Source: Podarcis erhardii (lineage: Eukaryota). From it: a DNA stretch of 64,000 bases. A program made the position numbers and the translations under genes. Shown here piece after piece: positions 47,641-59,535 of this stretch. Position 1 is the stretch's first letter. The number at the start of each line of letters is the position of its first letter. The stretch is taken from NCBI GenBank assembly GCA_964252035.1, contig OZ176202.1; one strand, 5' to 3'. The notes under the pieces are model-generated. The model made no database searches and was not told where the DNA came from. It was given only the letters and a program-made list of their open reading frames with translations.

Positions 47641-47830
47641 TGAGAGGAATTTGATTCAGTTCGCATTTAAAAATGAATCTACCAAATTTGCATTTTCCAA
47701 AACAGTATGCAAATTGAAACAAAGCTATCCTTGGGAATTCACACTTCTCTGAAATTTGTGGTGCTGTTTTCCAGCCAAAAATCTGCCCAAGAATGCACAT
47801 ACTAGGGTAATCTGTTTTAGATATAGTACA
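47641..47830 (+). mobile_element. Old ~400-bp DNA-element family, 5' half
   Basis: TTGATTCAGTTCGCATTTAAAA..GGAATTCACACTTCTCTG..CCAGCCAA blocks. Confidence 0.65.
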
Positions 47831-48129
47831 TTTATACTGCCTTGTTTTTTATTTTTATTTTCAACCTTGCTGCCACTTCTGCTGCCCATTGCTGGCACCA
47901 AGACCCAAAGAGAGAGGGGGAATTTTGGATGTTCCATTATCTCTCCATTATCACTACCTCAAATTGACCCTGTCATTTCCTGAGAGATTCATTGCTCTAA
48001 ATATGCAAGATTCATGCTTGGTGTGTAGTCCATGTTTGACGTCTTCTAGGTCTTCTACAGCAGTTTCCAGAACTGTAATCAGTAATCAGTTTCCTTGAAT
48101 GCCTCCTCTCTTCTCCCCTCTCCTTGGGA

Positions 48130-48484
48130 GTCATCCAGGCAGCCACTGCTGCCACCCCTGGTCTCTGAGGTGCCCTCCCCCATTCCAAAGAGAGGTGACT
48201 TCTCACACCACCCCACAGGGGCCTGGGCAGAGGATGCCTCCAGCCTTAGTGGCCCAAGGTGAGGCCAGCACCTTACCTTGGGAGGCAGTAGTGGCAGCAG
48301 CAGCAGCGGGCAGTAGCGGCAGCAGAAACAAACAGCTGTGCAAGCCTTTGGGAGGCAGAGGCATGAGATGGCATTAGAGGAGGGAGGGAAGTAAAGAGGG
48401 ACAGAGGCCAATGTTGCACGTGGCACCCCTGAGCATCATTCAAGGCACCCCAGGGTGCCACGGCACACTGGTTGAAAACCACTG
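48130..48484. mobile_element. hAT-type non-autonomous element, right part (GC-rich, contains a (GCA)n tract)
   Basis: Ends GGGTGCCACGGCACACTGGTTGAAAACCACTG, a hAT-Charlie-like terminus. Left boundary uncertain. Confidence 0.5.
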
Positions 48485-49298
48485 ATCTAACATTCTTAAC
48501 ACTAGTGAACCCCATTTTCCCCCTGATGAAACTTTCTTTCCTGAGTAGTTTTAGTTAATCCCAAAATTAGTATTCTATTGTGTTTTATTTATTTATTTTA
48601 AAAAATAGTTATATACCACAAATTTCTTTTTTAAAAAAACCAAATACAACACAGAAAAATCAAAGATCACCAGCTAACTGTAACATATTTTTCACATTAT
48701 TTAATTGTCTTCATAAGCCTGCTGGCATAGAAAAGCTTTCAGCAAAAGTTTTAAAAAATGAATAATGAAGATAGCCTTCTGAATTTTGGGGGGGAGAGTG
48801 CTCCAGAAAACTGAGTCAACCCTGGAAGTTTGGTTTTATGTTGACATCAGATGAACCTCAACAAGAATCTTGGCTCACCTTTGGAAATATGAAATGTTTG
48901 TGACTTTTCTTTTATTGAGTTCAGCCATTTAAGAACTCAAGCTGCAAGAGGGCGACTAACTAACTCAATTATGTAAATTAAAAACATACATAGTAATTGT
49001 TAGTTTCCCCTACATCAGTGTCTAAATTAACAGCATGAAGATGTTCACTGAAAATCCCCAAACCTCTGTAAGTGTTTAATTAAGGGATTGAAGACAGCTG
49101 ACTACAAATTATTTAAATCAAAACAACAAAGCTTTTAGAATGAAAGTTGTACACCACAGAGAGAAGACCAGCAAGGAATTAGAATGTTATTCTTATTCTA
49201 AAAATAAGCAAATCTATGTAGGATATGCAGGGACTATATAAATCACATACAGAAATAATAGAGCATTCTTTGTTTATTAGTGACATAGATTATGTCTA

Positions 49299-49654
49299 AA
49301 GGTAAAGGTAAAGGGACCCCTGACCATTAGGTCCAGTCGCGTACAACTCTGGGGTTGTGGCACTCATCTCGCTCTATAGGCCAAGGGAGCCTGCATACAG
49401 CTTCTGGCTCATGTGGCCAGCATGACTAAGCCGCTTCTGGCAAACCAGAGCAGCGCAACGAAATTCCATTTACCTTCCTGCCGGAGCGGTACCTATTTAT
49501 CTACCTGCATTTTGACGTGCTTTCAAACTGCTAGGTTGGCAGGAGCTGGGACTGAGCAACGGGAGCTCATCCCGTCATGGGGATTCAAACCACCGACCTT
49601 CTGATCGGCAAGCCCTAGGCTCTGTGGTTTAACCCACAGTGCCACCCGCATCCC
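49299..49654 (-). mobile_element. Full-length Sauria SINE with TSD
   Basis: AAGGTAAAGGTAAAGGGACCCC...GCCACCCGCATCCC; TSD TTATGTCTA at 49290-49298 and 49659-49667 (13 bp if two mismatches are allowed). Confidence 0.95.
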
Positions 49655-50131
49655 TACTTTATGTCTACTTGCCATTAATAAAGATTATCACTATTTACAC
49701 ACACACACGTTTTCCAAATTTGTATTTGACCTTTTGAAAGAGTGGGAAGCCTCCTCTATAGTAAAGAGGTGGCCTTGTTAATAAAAATGTGATAAATGGG
49801 GAGGCCATTTAGAATGTGATTGGTTTGCCTATGTAAGAAGCATCTTAGAATATTTTGCATTGAAATAAGAAATCACTCCAAACCAAGCCGTGTTTGAAAG
49901 GCCTTGATCTTCAACAGCTCAAGCTACAGTGAAGTTCTCCTGTTAGTAGAAGGACTTCTACCTGTTCAACATGACTTTCTTGACCTCTCTCTCTGCCTCC
50001 TGCTCCCAAAATCTGCTCTGGAGCATTGGGTGTAAACCTAGTGTGGATAGGGGGGCATGGGGAGTGGAAGTCCCAATGCACAGGCAAAGGTTCTTATGTT
50101 TACAGGATAATTGCAATGGATACAACCCATA

Positions 50132-50258
50132 CTAATTATTTATTTCACTTATACCCCCCCCCTTTTCTTCATGGTTCTCCGCCTCCTTCATTTTCTCATC
50201 AGAACAAGCCTGTGAAGTAGATTAGGCTGAGAGACAATGTCTGGCCCAAGGTCACCTG
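50132..50258 (-). mobile_element. MIR/CORE-type SINE remnant
   Basis: CTCATCAGAACAAGCCTGTGAAGTAGATTAGGCTGAGAGA..GCCCAAGGTCACC. Confidence 0.65.
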
Positions 50259-50340
50259 GTATTTATTAGAACTATGGTATCACAGGCTCTAATAAAGCAC
50301 TCTGGGCATTGCACCATGGTGGCCGTCAACTCTTTATACT

Positions 50341-50512
50341 GGAGAAGGGGCTAGAGCACTGGCTTTGCATTCAGGAATCTCTAGGTTTGATGTATGGCAT
50401 AGCCAAATATAGCTAGAAAAGACTCAAGTCTGAAACTCTGAAACTCTAGAGAGCACTGCCAGTCAAAGGAGAGAATATTGAGCTAAATGGGCCAGTGGTC
50501 TGTCTCTGCTTC
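50341..50512 (+). mobile_element. tRNA-derived SINE (degenerate, same family as 45335)
   Basis: CTTTGCATTCAGGAATC..CTAGAGAGCACTGCCAGTC..TGAGCTAAATGGGCCAGTGGTCTG. Confidence 0.55.
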
Positions 50513-50539
50513 CAATGTGGTTCTGGCATTCAGTGCTGT

Positions 50540-50670
50540 GTGTGACGGAGTCTGCCAGGTAGTGGTTCCTCACTTATGGAATGCCTTCACTTATTAGGGC
50601 CATCTGCCTCCTCATTATGAATATTTGGACAGAAATTAAAAGCATCCCTGGTCACCTTAGCATTTGGTTT
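50540..50670 (+). mobile_element. Old L2 3' remnant
   Basis: GTAGTGGTTCCTCACTTATGGAATGCCTT translates VVVPHLWNA. Confidence 0.5.
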
Positions 50671-51186
50671 TAAAAGAAAGAGTTTCTGACAACTATGAAA
50701 TTATTAGTTGAGATTAGTTTTGCTTGTTTTTAAATGTTTGGTGTTGTTATTATTTGGGTATTTGCATCCCTGGCTCCTTTGCATTGAAGGGTAAGGTCAT
50801 CACCACCACCTCCAATTCTAAGTTCACTAGTTACTGAGTCTAGCTTAGAATGCTGATTACCTGGGGCAATCTAAACTTTCTTTGATAGGTTGTCATAGAC
50901 CAGGTTTATCAGTCATTTAATAGCTCTCTCACAAAAAACAACAGTACAGTTTTAGAAAGTAACCCTTGGTCACAGTCAAACAAAGATTTGTGAATGTGGG
51001 TAGTATGCCACAAATAATTCCACAGAAATCCCTAAAGATATACCCCATGATTGGCAAGTGTACAGTGAACAATCCATCACATCATTGCCCAAATATTGTG
51101 AGCTGTAGCCATATGTCATACCCATAGGCAAAGAATAGTTAATTCTAGACCAGACTTGCAATTTCCACAAGATGTAACACTATTTA

Positions 51187-51649
51187 CTGTATTTTTCACC
51201 CCATAAGACTCACCTGACCATAATACACGCCTAGTTTTTAGAGGATGAAAGGGGGAAAGCCCCATTTTGGGGGGAATCAGCTCACAGTTGTGCAGCTTCT
51301 TTTGCAAAGGGGAAAAGCCCCCTTTTTGAGGATCAGCTCAAAGTTATTGAGCTTAGTTTGCAAAGGGAAAAAATCCTGTTTTATGGGGTTCAACTCACAG
51401 TTCTGCAGCTTCTTTAGGAAAGGAAGGGGTGCCGTTTCTACAGTTTCCAGACAGATAATCAAATCAGCCAGTCACATGTTGCTGGGGAAACAAACAGCCC
51501 CCATCAGCAGAACATTCAATAATGGGCAAGAGGGCGGGGCCGGAAAGGGAGCCAGCGATTGACCACACATTCGCTCCATAAGACACACAGACATTTCTCC
51601 TTACTTTTTAGGAGGGAAAAAAGTGTGTCTTGTGGAGTGAAAAATAAGG
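51187..51649. mobile_element. Tc1/mariner (Tc2/pogo-like) non-autonomous element with an internal ~57-bp minisatellite
   Basis: TIRs CTGTATTTTTCACCCCATAAGACTCAC / GTGTGTCTTGTGGAGTGAAAAATAAGG; TA at 51185-51186 and 51650-51651. Confidence 0.82.
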
Positions 51650-52452
51650 TAAATACCTTCTGTCCAGGCTCTCTCTCACACAGCTTGGGATAATTAAGTA
51701 CCAACCCAAATTCCCCCTGTATACAAAATGCTCCACTTTCATTCCCTTCCTTCAGCAAATTCTCAATTATTTAAGCTGCCAAAGTAGACATGTAATAAAG
51801 CTGACCAAACTTGGTGCAAAAGACTTTCTCTTAGGAGGGCTATGAGAGAAATAAATCAAAAGAAACAATGGAGGATACAGTTTGGCTGTAGACAATAAGA
51901 CACATAAGCATTGATCTTTTCACACCTCACAATCCTGTCAGCATTGAGTCATCATCAGTTTAAGCCTAGGAAAGTCAACTGCATTAAATGATTAGAGAAA
52001 ACAGCCATAGTTTCTACAAAGCTCCAAATGAAAACTAATAAAACCCCATGAAACTTTCTCATGAAGTTTGATATTGTTTCTGTTCACCTAAAACCACCAT
52101 ATGGTAGCAGCAGACAAAACATGCAGACTTGTGTAAAGCAGTTTCTGTGTACCATTCTGCTTCTGAACTCATGCCAACACTACTGTTGCCTTCTTTTTCC
52201 TTACAAATGTAGAAGCATCCAAGAAAGCAGCACCAAGAGACAACTGGGAATAAAGTTCGTCCATTCAAGACAAAGAATAATCCTGGGGATTTTGAAAGCT
52301 TGCTCTCGCTACCTCTGCTTTCGAAATTGAATCATGTGGTGGTGGCTTAAAAAACAACAAGAGAGTGTTGAAATCTGTAAAGGATAAATTTCAATAGAAC
52401 CATTGTCCCCAGTCTTTTTCACAGTTGCTCAGGCAATGGAACTTCCCCATTA

Positions 52453-52657
52453 GGTGATGGGTCACAGCTCAGTGGCTCAGGAAAGGATCATAGCTCAGAA
52501 GGCCCTTTTGCATACTCTAGATGCAGAAGGTTCCAGATTTGATCCGTCTGGAAAAGGTTCCTGGCTGAAGCTCTGAAAAGCCACTGCCAGTCAACGATGC
52601 CAATGACAGACCAATCTTCTGCCTCAGTGTAAACTAACTTATTATGTTTCTATGTTC
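52453..52657 (+). mobile_element. tRNA-derived SINE with doubled A-box head (degenerate)
   Basis: GTCACAGCTCAGTGG followed by ATCATAGCTCAGAAG; GCCACTGCCAGTC body; TATGTTTCTATGTTC tail. Confidence 0.6.
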
Positions 52658-54116
52658 TTTCAAGTAAGCTGCACAGAACAAGAGCCTTGGAGATGGAGAA
52701 GGAGAAGAATTAGAAAATCTGAGCCGGAAAGGAATCTCCACTTATACATAATTCCACAGTGTAGGAAAGAAAAGCAGAATAGCTTGGGCCCCAAAATAAG
52801 AATGGAAATGAGAAAGGGAACCAAAACCAGATTGAATTTTTCATGTTTACAATACGAAGGTGGCACATTAGCCCTGGAAGACTTCACATAATACGTACAT
52901 AGTACAGTTTATATTATTTGAAGGGGTGTGGACAGATTGGCTCATACTCTCCCCTTGGGTGGCAGCATCCTACAGTGCATGATTGCTGATTACCACCAGG
53001 AATGTCTCCCCATTAGGCTGCAGGTTTCTAGCAAAACTAAATTTCTTCATTGGCTTGAACCTAATGACCCTGAATGCCTGCAAAAGGGCATTCTTAAGCA
53101 ATTGTACACAGCAGCAAGTCGTGTTGAGCACGTAACTGGAAGTCTCCCAAGCAACCTTTTAAACAGCAGAGGATTTATAAAATTTGGGAGACAGTGATGA
53201 TGTATGAATGTACTCAGCAAGTGCATAAGGCAAAGAATCCTCCTTTTGAAACCAAACCAAACCAAATAGATGTTATGATACCATGGTTTCAATTTATTTC
53301 CTCAGTAGAAACCCTTCTAGCTTCCAATCAAATTCTAATCCTGGTCAGAAGCACACATATTTTTCAAACTGATTTGACCAGAGAACTTAATACAGGCAAA
53401 ACATTTTTAATTTAGCAAGCATGTTTAGTTGTATTAAATTAACCTGGTGAGAAACCAAGTATCTCCTTAAGCTTATGCGACATCTAGAGCAAAACAGCCT
53501 ATCAGTGGTATACCAAGGACTGTAATTTCTTTTCTCCTTATTTACATTGTTGTATTGTTATAACTGCTCTTTAGTTTTGTTGGCTGCAGTGGTAAGTCAT
53601 GAGGGAGTCGAAGGGGCAGTGTCACCCTCCATGCAGCAGGGGCACTGTACTCATCAGGATGAGACAGGACAAGACACCAGTGGTGAAGCTGGGGGGGTTT
53701 CAGAAGCAGCCCCCCCCCTGAATTTACTGGTGCTGCTGTTCCTGCCCCATCCCTGCATGTTGAGTGCAGTGCTTCCACCACATGGATGATGCCACTGCCT
53801 TTGTCCCCCCTCACAAGCCAGGGGTGGTTGTCTGTATTTTTAGACTTTATTTCAAAACAAAAGGTTACATTATCTGCTCTGAGCTGTTTGAGCCAAAGTA
53901 TACCCAATACCTAGTTGCATAGATCTTGTTTTTAAAAATCAAAACCAGGCAGAGGTTGGGGAAATTATGGGTGGCTATAACTGTTCCCCTTATAGATAAA
54001 AGCAAACGAAGGGATTTTGAACGTAAGAAGTTGGCAGAGGGGGAAAGTTTGCAATATTTTCCCCTTCCCATAGCAGTTCCTCTGACCAAATTTGCAGCTT
54101 ATGCTATGCTTCTGGT

Positions 54117-54159
54117 TTTGTTTGTTTGTTTGTTTGTTTGTTTGTTTGTTTGTTTGTTT
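54117..54159. repeat. (TTTG)n microsatellite
   Basis: Read directly. Confidence 0.95.
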
Positions 54160-55065
54160 TAGTCTCCATGAGGACATAGAGTATCGAGGTCTTAATGCCC
54201 TTTGGGTGGGTGAGGGGGCTTTCTCCTTCCTGCAGCATATTCTTGAAAGTTTTATTAAAAGCATCAATTCACATTGCTAGACATAATTTATTTGTACAAT
54301 TATGAAAATACAGTTAATTAATTGATATACTAATGCTTGTCAAATTGAATAAATGAAGGCACTTATTGAGTCCTGCTAAGTAAGCCAATGGCTTGTGATC
54401 TGTATTCCAGTGGCTTTAGGCAGCTATAATCAGTAGGGATAATGAAGATTTATATTACAGCACTCTAGAAGCATGAATTAAATACTCTCAAGCCCCATTG
54501 ATTTGAATAGGAAGTATTTAAGGGCCTTGACATTTCCAATTCAAGCCCTGAATTCCCTGGCATATGCTGTGGGAAAATGTTTAATGCACCATGCCTGACT
54601 CTTAGACTGCTTCCAGGCAGGTGCTTGTTGTGGGATGAGAGCAGCAGCATGTTGCTGACATCGAAATACTAGCCCAGGTTTACCTTTTCCAGAGGAAATC
54701 TGTCAGGTTTTCCCCATTTCTAATTATTCATTTTCAACACTAAGCCCCCCATCTAGATGTCCAGTCCTCTAAGATTGGGGTGTTCCCACACTGGCCCTTT
54801 TCTCTAGATTTGCTACCCTTTCTTTACACAGTTTTTGTGGTATAACAAATTCCTGAAGCATAGTCATGTAAATCTTTTACAGCAAAAAGGCAACATCTCT
54901 TTTGTAATAAAATTCATTTGCACCCCCAGCTTGGCCAATGTAAAGGGATAAAAGTTCCATTGAGGCTTTTCATGATTGTTGTGGTCTTTCCATGAAACAA
55001 CAGCACTGACACAGTCTCTTTGTTTCATCATTTCAGCTACAAGATCAGTGAGTAAGTTCGTGGTA

Positions 55066-55184
55066 AGCATCCTCTCTTTGAATTCCCTCATGTCAGTTTC
55101 TGTTCCGCGGCAGGGGAGTATTTAATAAATGCTCTCATCTCGTGGAACAGAAACTAACATGGGGGAGTTCACAGAGAGGATGCT
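55066..55184. repeat. 119-bp palindrome (59-bp arms, no indels)
   Basis: Hand pairing of 59 positions on the + strand: 49 Watson-Crick, 6 G-T, 4 mismatches. Confidence 0.95.
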
Positions 55185-55486
55185 CAAGAGGAAATTGCTT
55201 GAGATAGTGAGGCTATTCAGGGGCAGCCTGCTCTCTCACTAGTCATACAAACAGGATCCATTAGAAACAATAAATGAGGCAAAACCTGGAGGGACCTTTG
55301 CTGAATGGATTCACTTGTGAGTAGATTAAATTGTCTGTGAAACCTCCATTTAAATTTTGCTTTCAGCTAGCTGCAGAAAAGAAATTCTGAGCAGTGTCAA
55401 TATATGTTAGACTACAAGCACCCTGGGAGCCTTGAAGCATTTGCCCTCAAAAGCTGTGGTCAGATGGTGTCTTCCTTTTTATGCAT

Positions 55487-55487
<1 letters not shown>

Positions 55488-55530
<43 letters not shown>
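55488..55530. repeat. (CT)n microsatellite
   Basis: Read directly. Confidence 0.95.
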
Positions 55531-55534
<4 letters not shown>

Positions 55535-56365
55535 TCCCTCCCTCTCCCCCCAGCCACCCACCCACATCTTGAAAGCTTGCATTTAACATCGTTTTGTGAC
55601 TCTGTTTTACCAATACTGATTGAAATGTGTTCAGACAATATTTCCAGAATAATGTTCCATCTGAATTTTTCAATTTGACTCCAAGGCAACTCCAAAAGTC
55701 AATGGAACACAAGTATGCAATGATGCCTTTCCACTTTCATGTCAAACAAATGGCAGCCCTGAATAGGGACGTTTGCCATAAGCTACGGCATAATTGCTAG
55801 AATGCTCTAGAGAGCATATCTGGTACAAAGCCTGCAATCTTCTTTAGGAAATCTGTCTTTTAAAAAAAGATGTTATGTTTATGCCAAAAATAATATTTTT
55901 AAAAGAGGTCTTTGGCATCAGCCTTGACAAGATGGATTCTCATGGAAAGTACAATTTAAAATGCAGGCAAAACACCAACAACAAAGTTTTTAGATATAGT
56001 TGTTTATGACATTGGACATCAATAGGCACATTGTATTTTGTTGCATATGTATTCCAGGAAAAAGTAAATTTTAATATTTTTTGCCAAAGGAAACCCTTTT
56101 ATACTCACAACAGGAAGAAGACAACATACTTCACAAACTATATAGCTTATTTTTATTAGAAGATCACACTTTCTGAAAGGAACTGTAGCCCATCCTATCA
56201 AGAGAGATTATTATAAAATGATGTTATCAACCTATATAACATGTGTGGTATTACTTGTGGGGGATTCACAGATTATCTTTTTGGTTTATTTGCTGCCATT
56301 TAAGTCCAAAATTACAATTTTGTTCTGCTACATCCATACCTATAAGGATTACATTTCAGGAATTG

Positions 56366-56412
56366 GATGAAGCAGGCTGTAGCCCACTGAAGTTTATGCT
56401 GTAATAAATTTG
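56366..56412 (+). mobile_element. Second Penelope-like terminal remnant (decayed hammerhead motif)
   Basis: GATGAAGCAGGCTGTAGCCCACTGAAGTTTATGCTGTAATAAATTTG. Confidence 0.65.
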
Positions 56413-57666
56413 CCAAATAAATCTCTCTTTTGTTTTCATGGGATTCAAAAGATGGGGAGAACTAAACCTTTCTGTTTGGAAGGGTCTTTACATTGCCAGT
56501 TCTATGGAAGACACAAGTCTTTCCCAGTCTTTCACCAGAGGATGGAATGGAGAGTTGAATAAAATGGAATTATTATTTTTTTATAGGCAACATTCAACAA
56601 TGTGTCTGTGTAGTGTAAGGATTAGCTATGCAGAAACAGGATTTCACCCTCACTTTCCCTCACCCTATGTCATGCCCAAATCTGCTCTGGAGGGTTGGGG
56701 AAAACCCAAAACAGATTTAGGGGGCATACAGAGGAAGAGGGAAGGATCACTGAACATTCTCCTTAGCACTATGTTGAACAGAACCCTAAACATTGGGAGA
56801 ATATAACATTTATCACCTGCATGAATATCTGAAGCATCTCCCTTTTTTCTGGGAATAAGAGTCATCTATGCAAATGACAGAAACCCCTTTTAAAATGATG
56901 GAAGGGTTGTCAAAACAGTTTGCTTTTTAGAACCATGACTGCTTCCAGATGACTTGTTTATTGAGCATCCATTCTGACTTGTTTGTGGGAAGGTCAGATG
57001 ATGTTGCATCAAGCAAGTGTTATTCCACACTTTCCAACACATTCTCCTTATCAAAAAAGGGACTGGAGGGATGCAGGCATCACATAAGACCATCAAATCA
57101 GCTTTAACTGTGCAACTTGGATTTTGCATATGTGACTGAATCCTACTTGAAAATAGTGACAGCCTGGAAGCACTCAATGCTGATTCCATGTTGACATCAT
57201 CTACTGAACTGCAGACACATGACAGGCACCAGGGTTCTGTTAATTTGATTAAAGCAAACCTGCCACATTTCAGAAATACATACCTATTTTTTTATATATA
57301 TTAATTGATTCTGTTCCAGCAAACATATCTTGCAAAATGCTACTCCAAATCCACAGAGGAAGAGAAATACATTAGCATCCTTCTTGAACAGTTTGGGGAG
57401 CCCGTCTCCGATGAGCACCTTTGCCATGGCTCCCAACCCATTGTCTTCCCTGTGGCCAAAGCAGACAGAGACTGATATGCAGGAGGGAGAGGGGGCACAT
57501 CCCAGTCAGTTTGCCCAGTAGTCAGGCAACAGCCGTAGGGGACCACATTAGTTACCCTTCGCATAGGTAGATAACAATAAGAGGTTGAATGAGAAGCAGC
57601 TAATCTTGCGGATGAATCTATGGGAGCAGGGGGCATGTTCCTTTCTGTTCAAAGTAGCCTGTTATC

Positions 57667-58092
57667 AGTGATGGATGAATCTGTCCATTTTGTTCCCTCT
57701 GTTTTTCGTTTTCCCCGTCTTAAATTTCTCCACATTTCCACATCAGTTTGAAATTTTATTTTATTGAAAAATGATCTTCATGAAAATTCATCATTTTGAT
57801 TCAAATTTAGCCTCATATATGCATGTTTGTATGCAATTTTGCCTAATGTACACATTTCTGAAAGGACTTTCCCCCAAAATAATGCATTTATGTAAGTTAA
57901 TTTCATGAATATGTGCATTGCAATTGAAATCTTACCCCAGTATATGCACTTTTATACACATGACTTGACTGGGGGGAAAACCCCACATTGCAAAATTTGG
58001 AGAAGTGTGGATTTTGAAGGATGGCTAAGTTTTGGTTCTCATATTATTTTGAAAGCACAAATTAGGTAGGCTGAATTGATCCCCCACCCATA
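57667..58092 (-). mobile_element. Old ~400-bp DNA-element family, near full-length copy
   Basis: GATGGATGAATCTGTC start and CCCCACCCATA end, with all internal blocks recognisable. Confidence 0.72.
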
Positions 58093-58779
58093 CCAATCTG
58101 CTAATACCTGCTTTCTCCAGCAGGAGCCTTAACTGAATCTCAATCCATTCACCTAACACAGGGGTTGCCCAAGAGACTGCAATCTACTCACAGAGTTATA
58201 AACTGGCAGTGATCTACCCCCTTTTGGCCGAAGTTGTTGAGCTTCTTTGGGGGGAGCCAGTACTCCACCACAGGCATCCAGTAATCTACCTGTTGGATGT
58301 GTCTGACCTAACAAAGTGAGTTCTTCTATTTGTGGACGGAATGCTCTGGATCTCAATGCACAGAATAAAACAAGGCAAATATTTTTGATACAAGACTGCA
58401 CTAGAGATTACATTTCTTTATAAGGGGTGTATTTATGTTATATCTGGAACTGGAATCAATTTGTTCTTTCGAAATATACAGAAAAATAGCAGCTGTGTTC
58501 ATATCTGCTGCAAAAGTACTTACTACAAATGCTGCATTGGTTTCTTCCTTGACGTACAGTTGAATGGCTGTTGCAGACAATATACTGCAGAGATGACTCA
58601 GACTTCCTTGATGTCACACCAACTCCATTGTCTGATAAGGATGAATCTCCAACATTTCATGTAAAAAAGTACAATTGGAAAAAACAGCACTGCTGGTCCA
58701 GTTACTTCCTGCAGCATTTTTCTTGGATGCACTTTTATTTGCCACTGGTAATTTTTTCTGATAATTGTTGTAATCAAGG

Positions 58780-58972
58780 CTGAAAGCCTGTACCCACTTA
58801 CTTGGGAGTAAGCCTGGCTGAACTCAGTAGAACTTACTTCTGAGTAAACATGCCAAGGCTTAAATTGCTACCCTGGTAATATAGGCTACAACCCTAGCCT
58901 CACTTAATTGGGAGTAAGCCCCATTTAATTCAGTAGAATTTACATCCAAGTAGACATAGTTAAGACTGTGCC
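58780..58972. mobile_element. Two adjacent copies of a short palindromic repeat
   Basis: CACTTACTTGGGAGTAAGCC..CAGTAGAACTTAC and CACTTAATTGGGAGTAAGCC..CAGTAGAATTTAC. Confidence 0.7.
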
Positions 58973-59249
58973 ATTAGTCTTCTTCTATAAATAAGTAGCC
59001 CAAAGATGTTATTAGAAAATCATATAGATAGCATTGTGCTGTAAGGACTCCAGCTCTACTGCTATGGGCTCCCCAAAAAGTGTGTGTTACTTGAAAACAG
59101 CCACCACTGAGTAGAGTTATTAATTTTATTTCCATAGTTTATTTGCCACTTAACACCATTGTTTCGAAGTGTCACTTTGAAAGGTTACTGAACACACAGT
59201 AACAGGAAGGTTACTGAACACACAGTAAAGATAACATCAGTTAAAATGA

Positions 59250-59535
59250 ATAAGAAAAGCTTACCTAAAATGCCTGTTGAAATAAGAAGGTATTTACTAA
59301 CTGCTAGAGGTTCAACAAGGAGGGTCCGGTCTGATCTCAGTCAGGAGGGAGTCCCACAGAATTGGGTCCACAATACTGAACACATGGCTCCTAGTGAACA
59401 CAAGCCCTGTGTCTGAGCTGTGGATGACCACTAACAGTGACTTATCAAAGGATCTCACTGATTGGGCAGAGATATAAGGAACTAAGGGATCTTCAAGCCA
59501 AGTTGTTAAGGGCCTTGTAATTTAACACAAGAAGT
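59250..59535 (-). mobile_element. Old L2 3' remnant
   Basis: GGAGGGAGTCCCACAGAAT..CCACAATACTGAA is the reverse complement of an FSIVDPILWDSLL-type L2 motif. Confidence 0.55.

Noticed and set aside
51248-51430. Repeat-spacer-like array (CRISPR-like appearance)
   Set aside because: Diverged contiguous tandem units inside a mariner element; no unique spacers and no cas genes; eukaryotic context.
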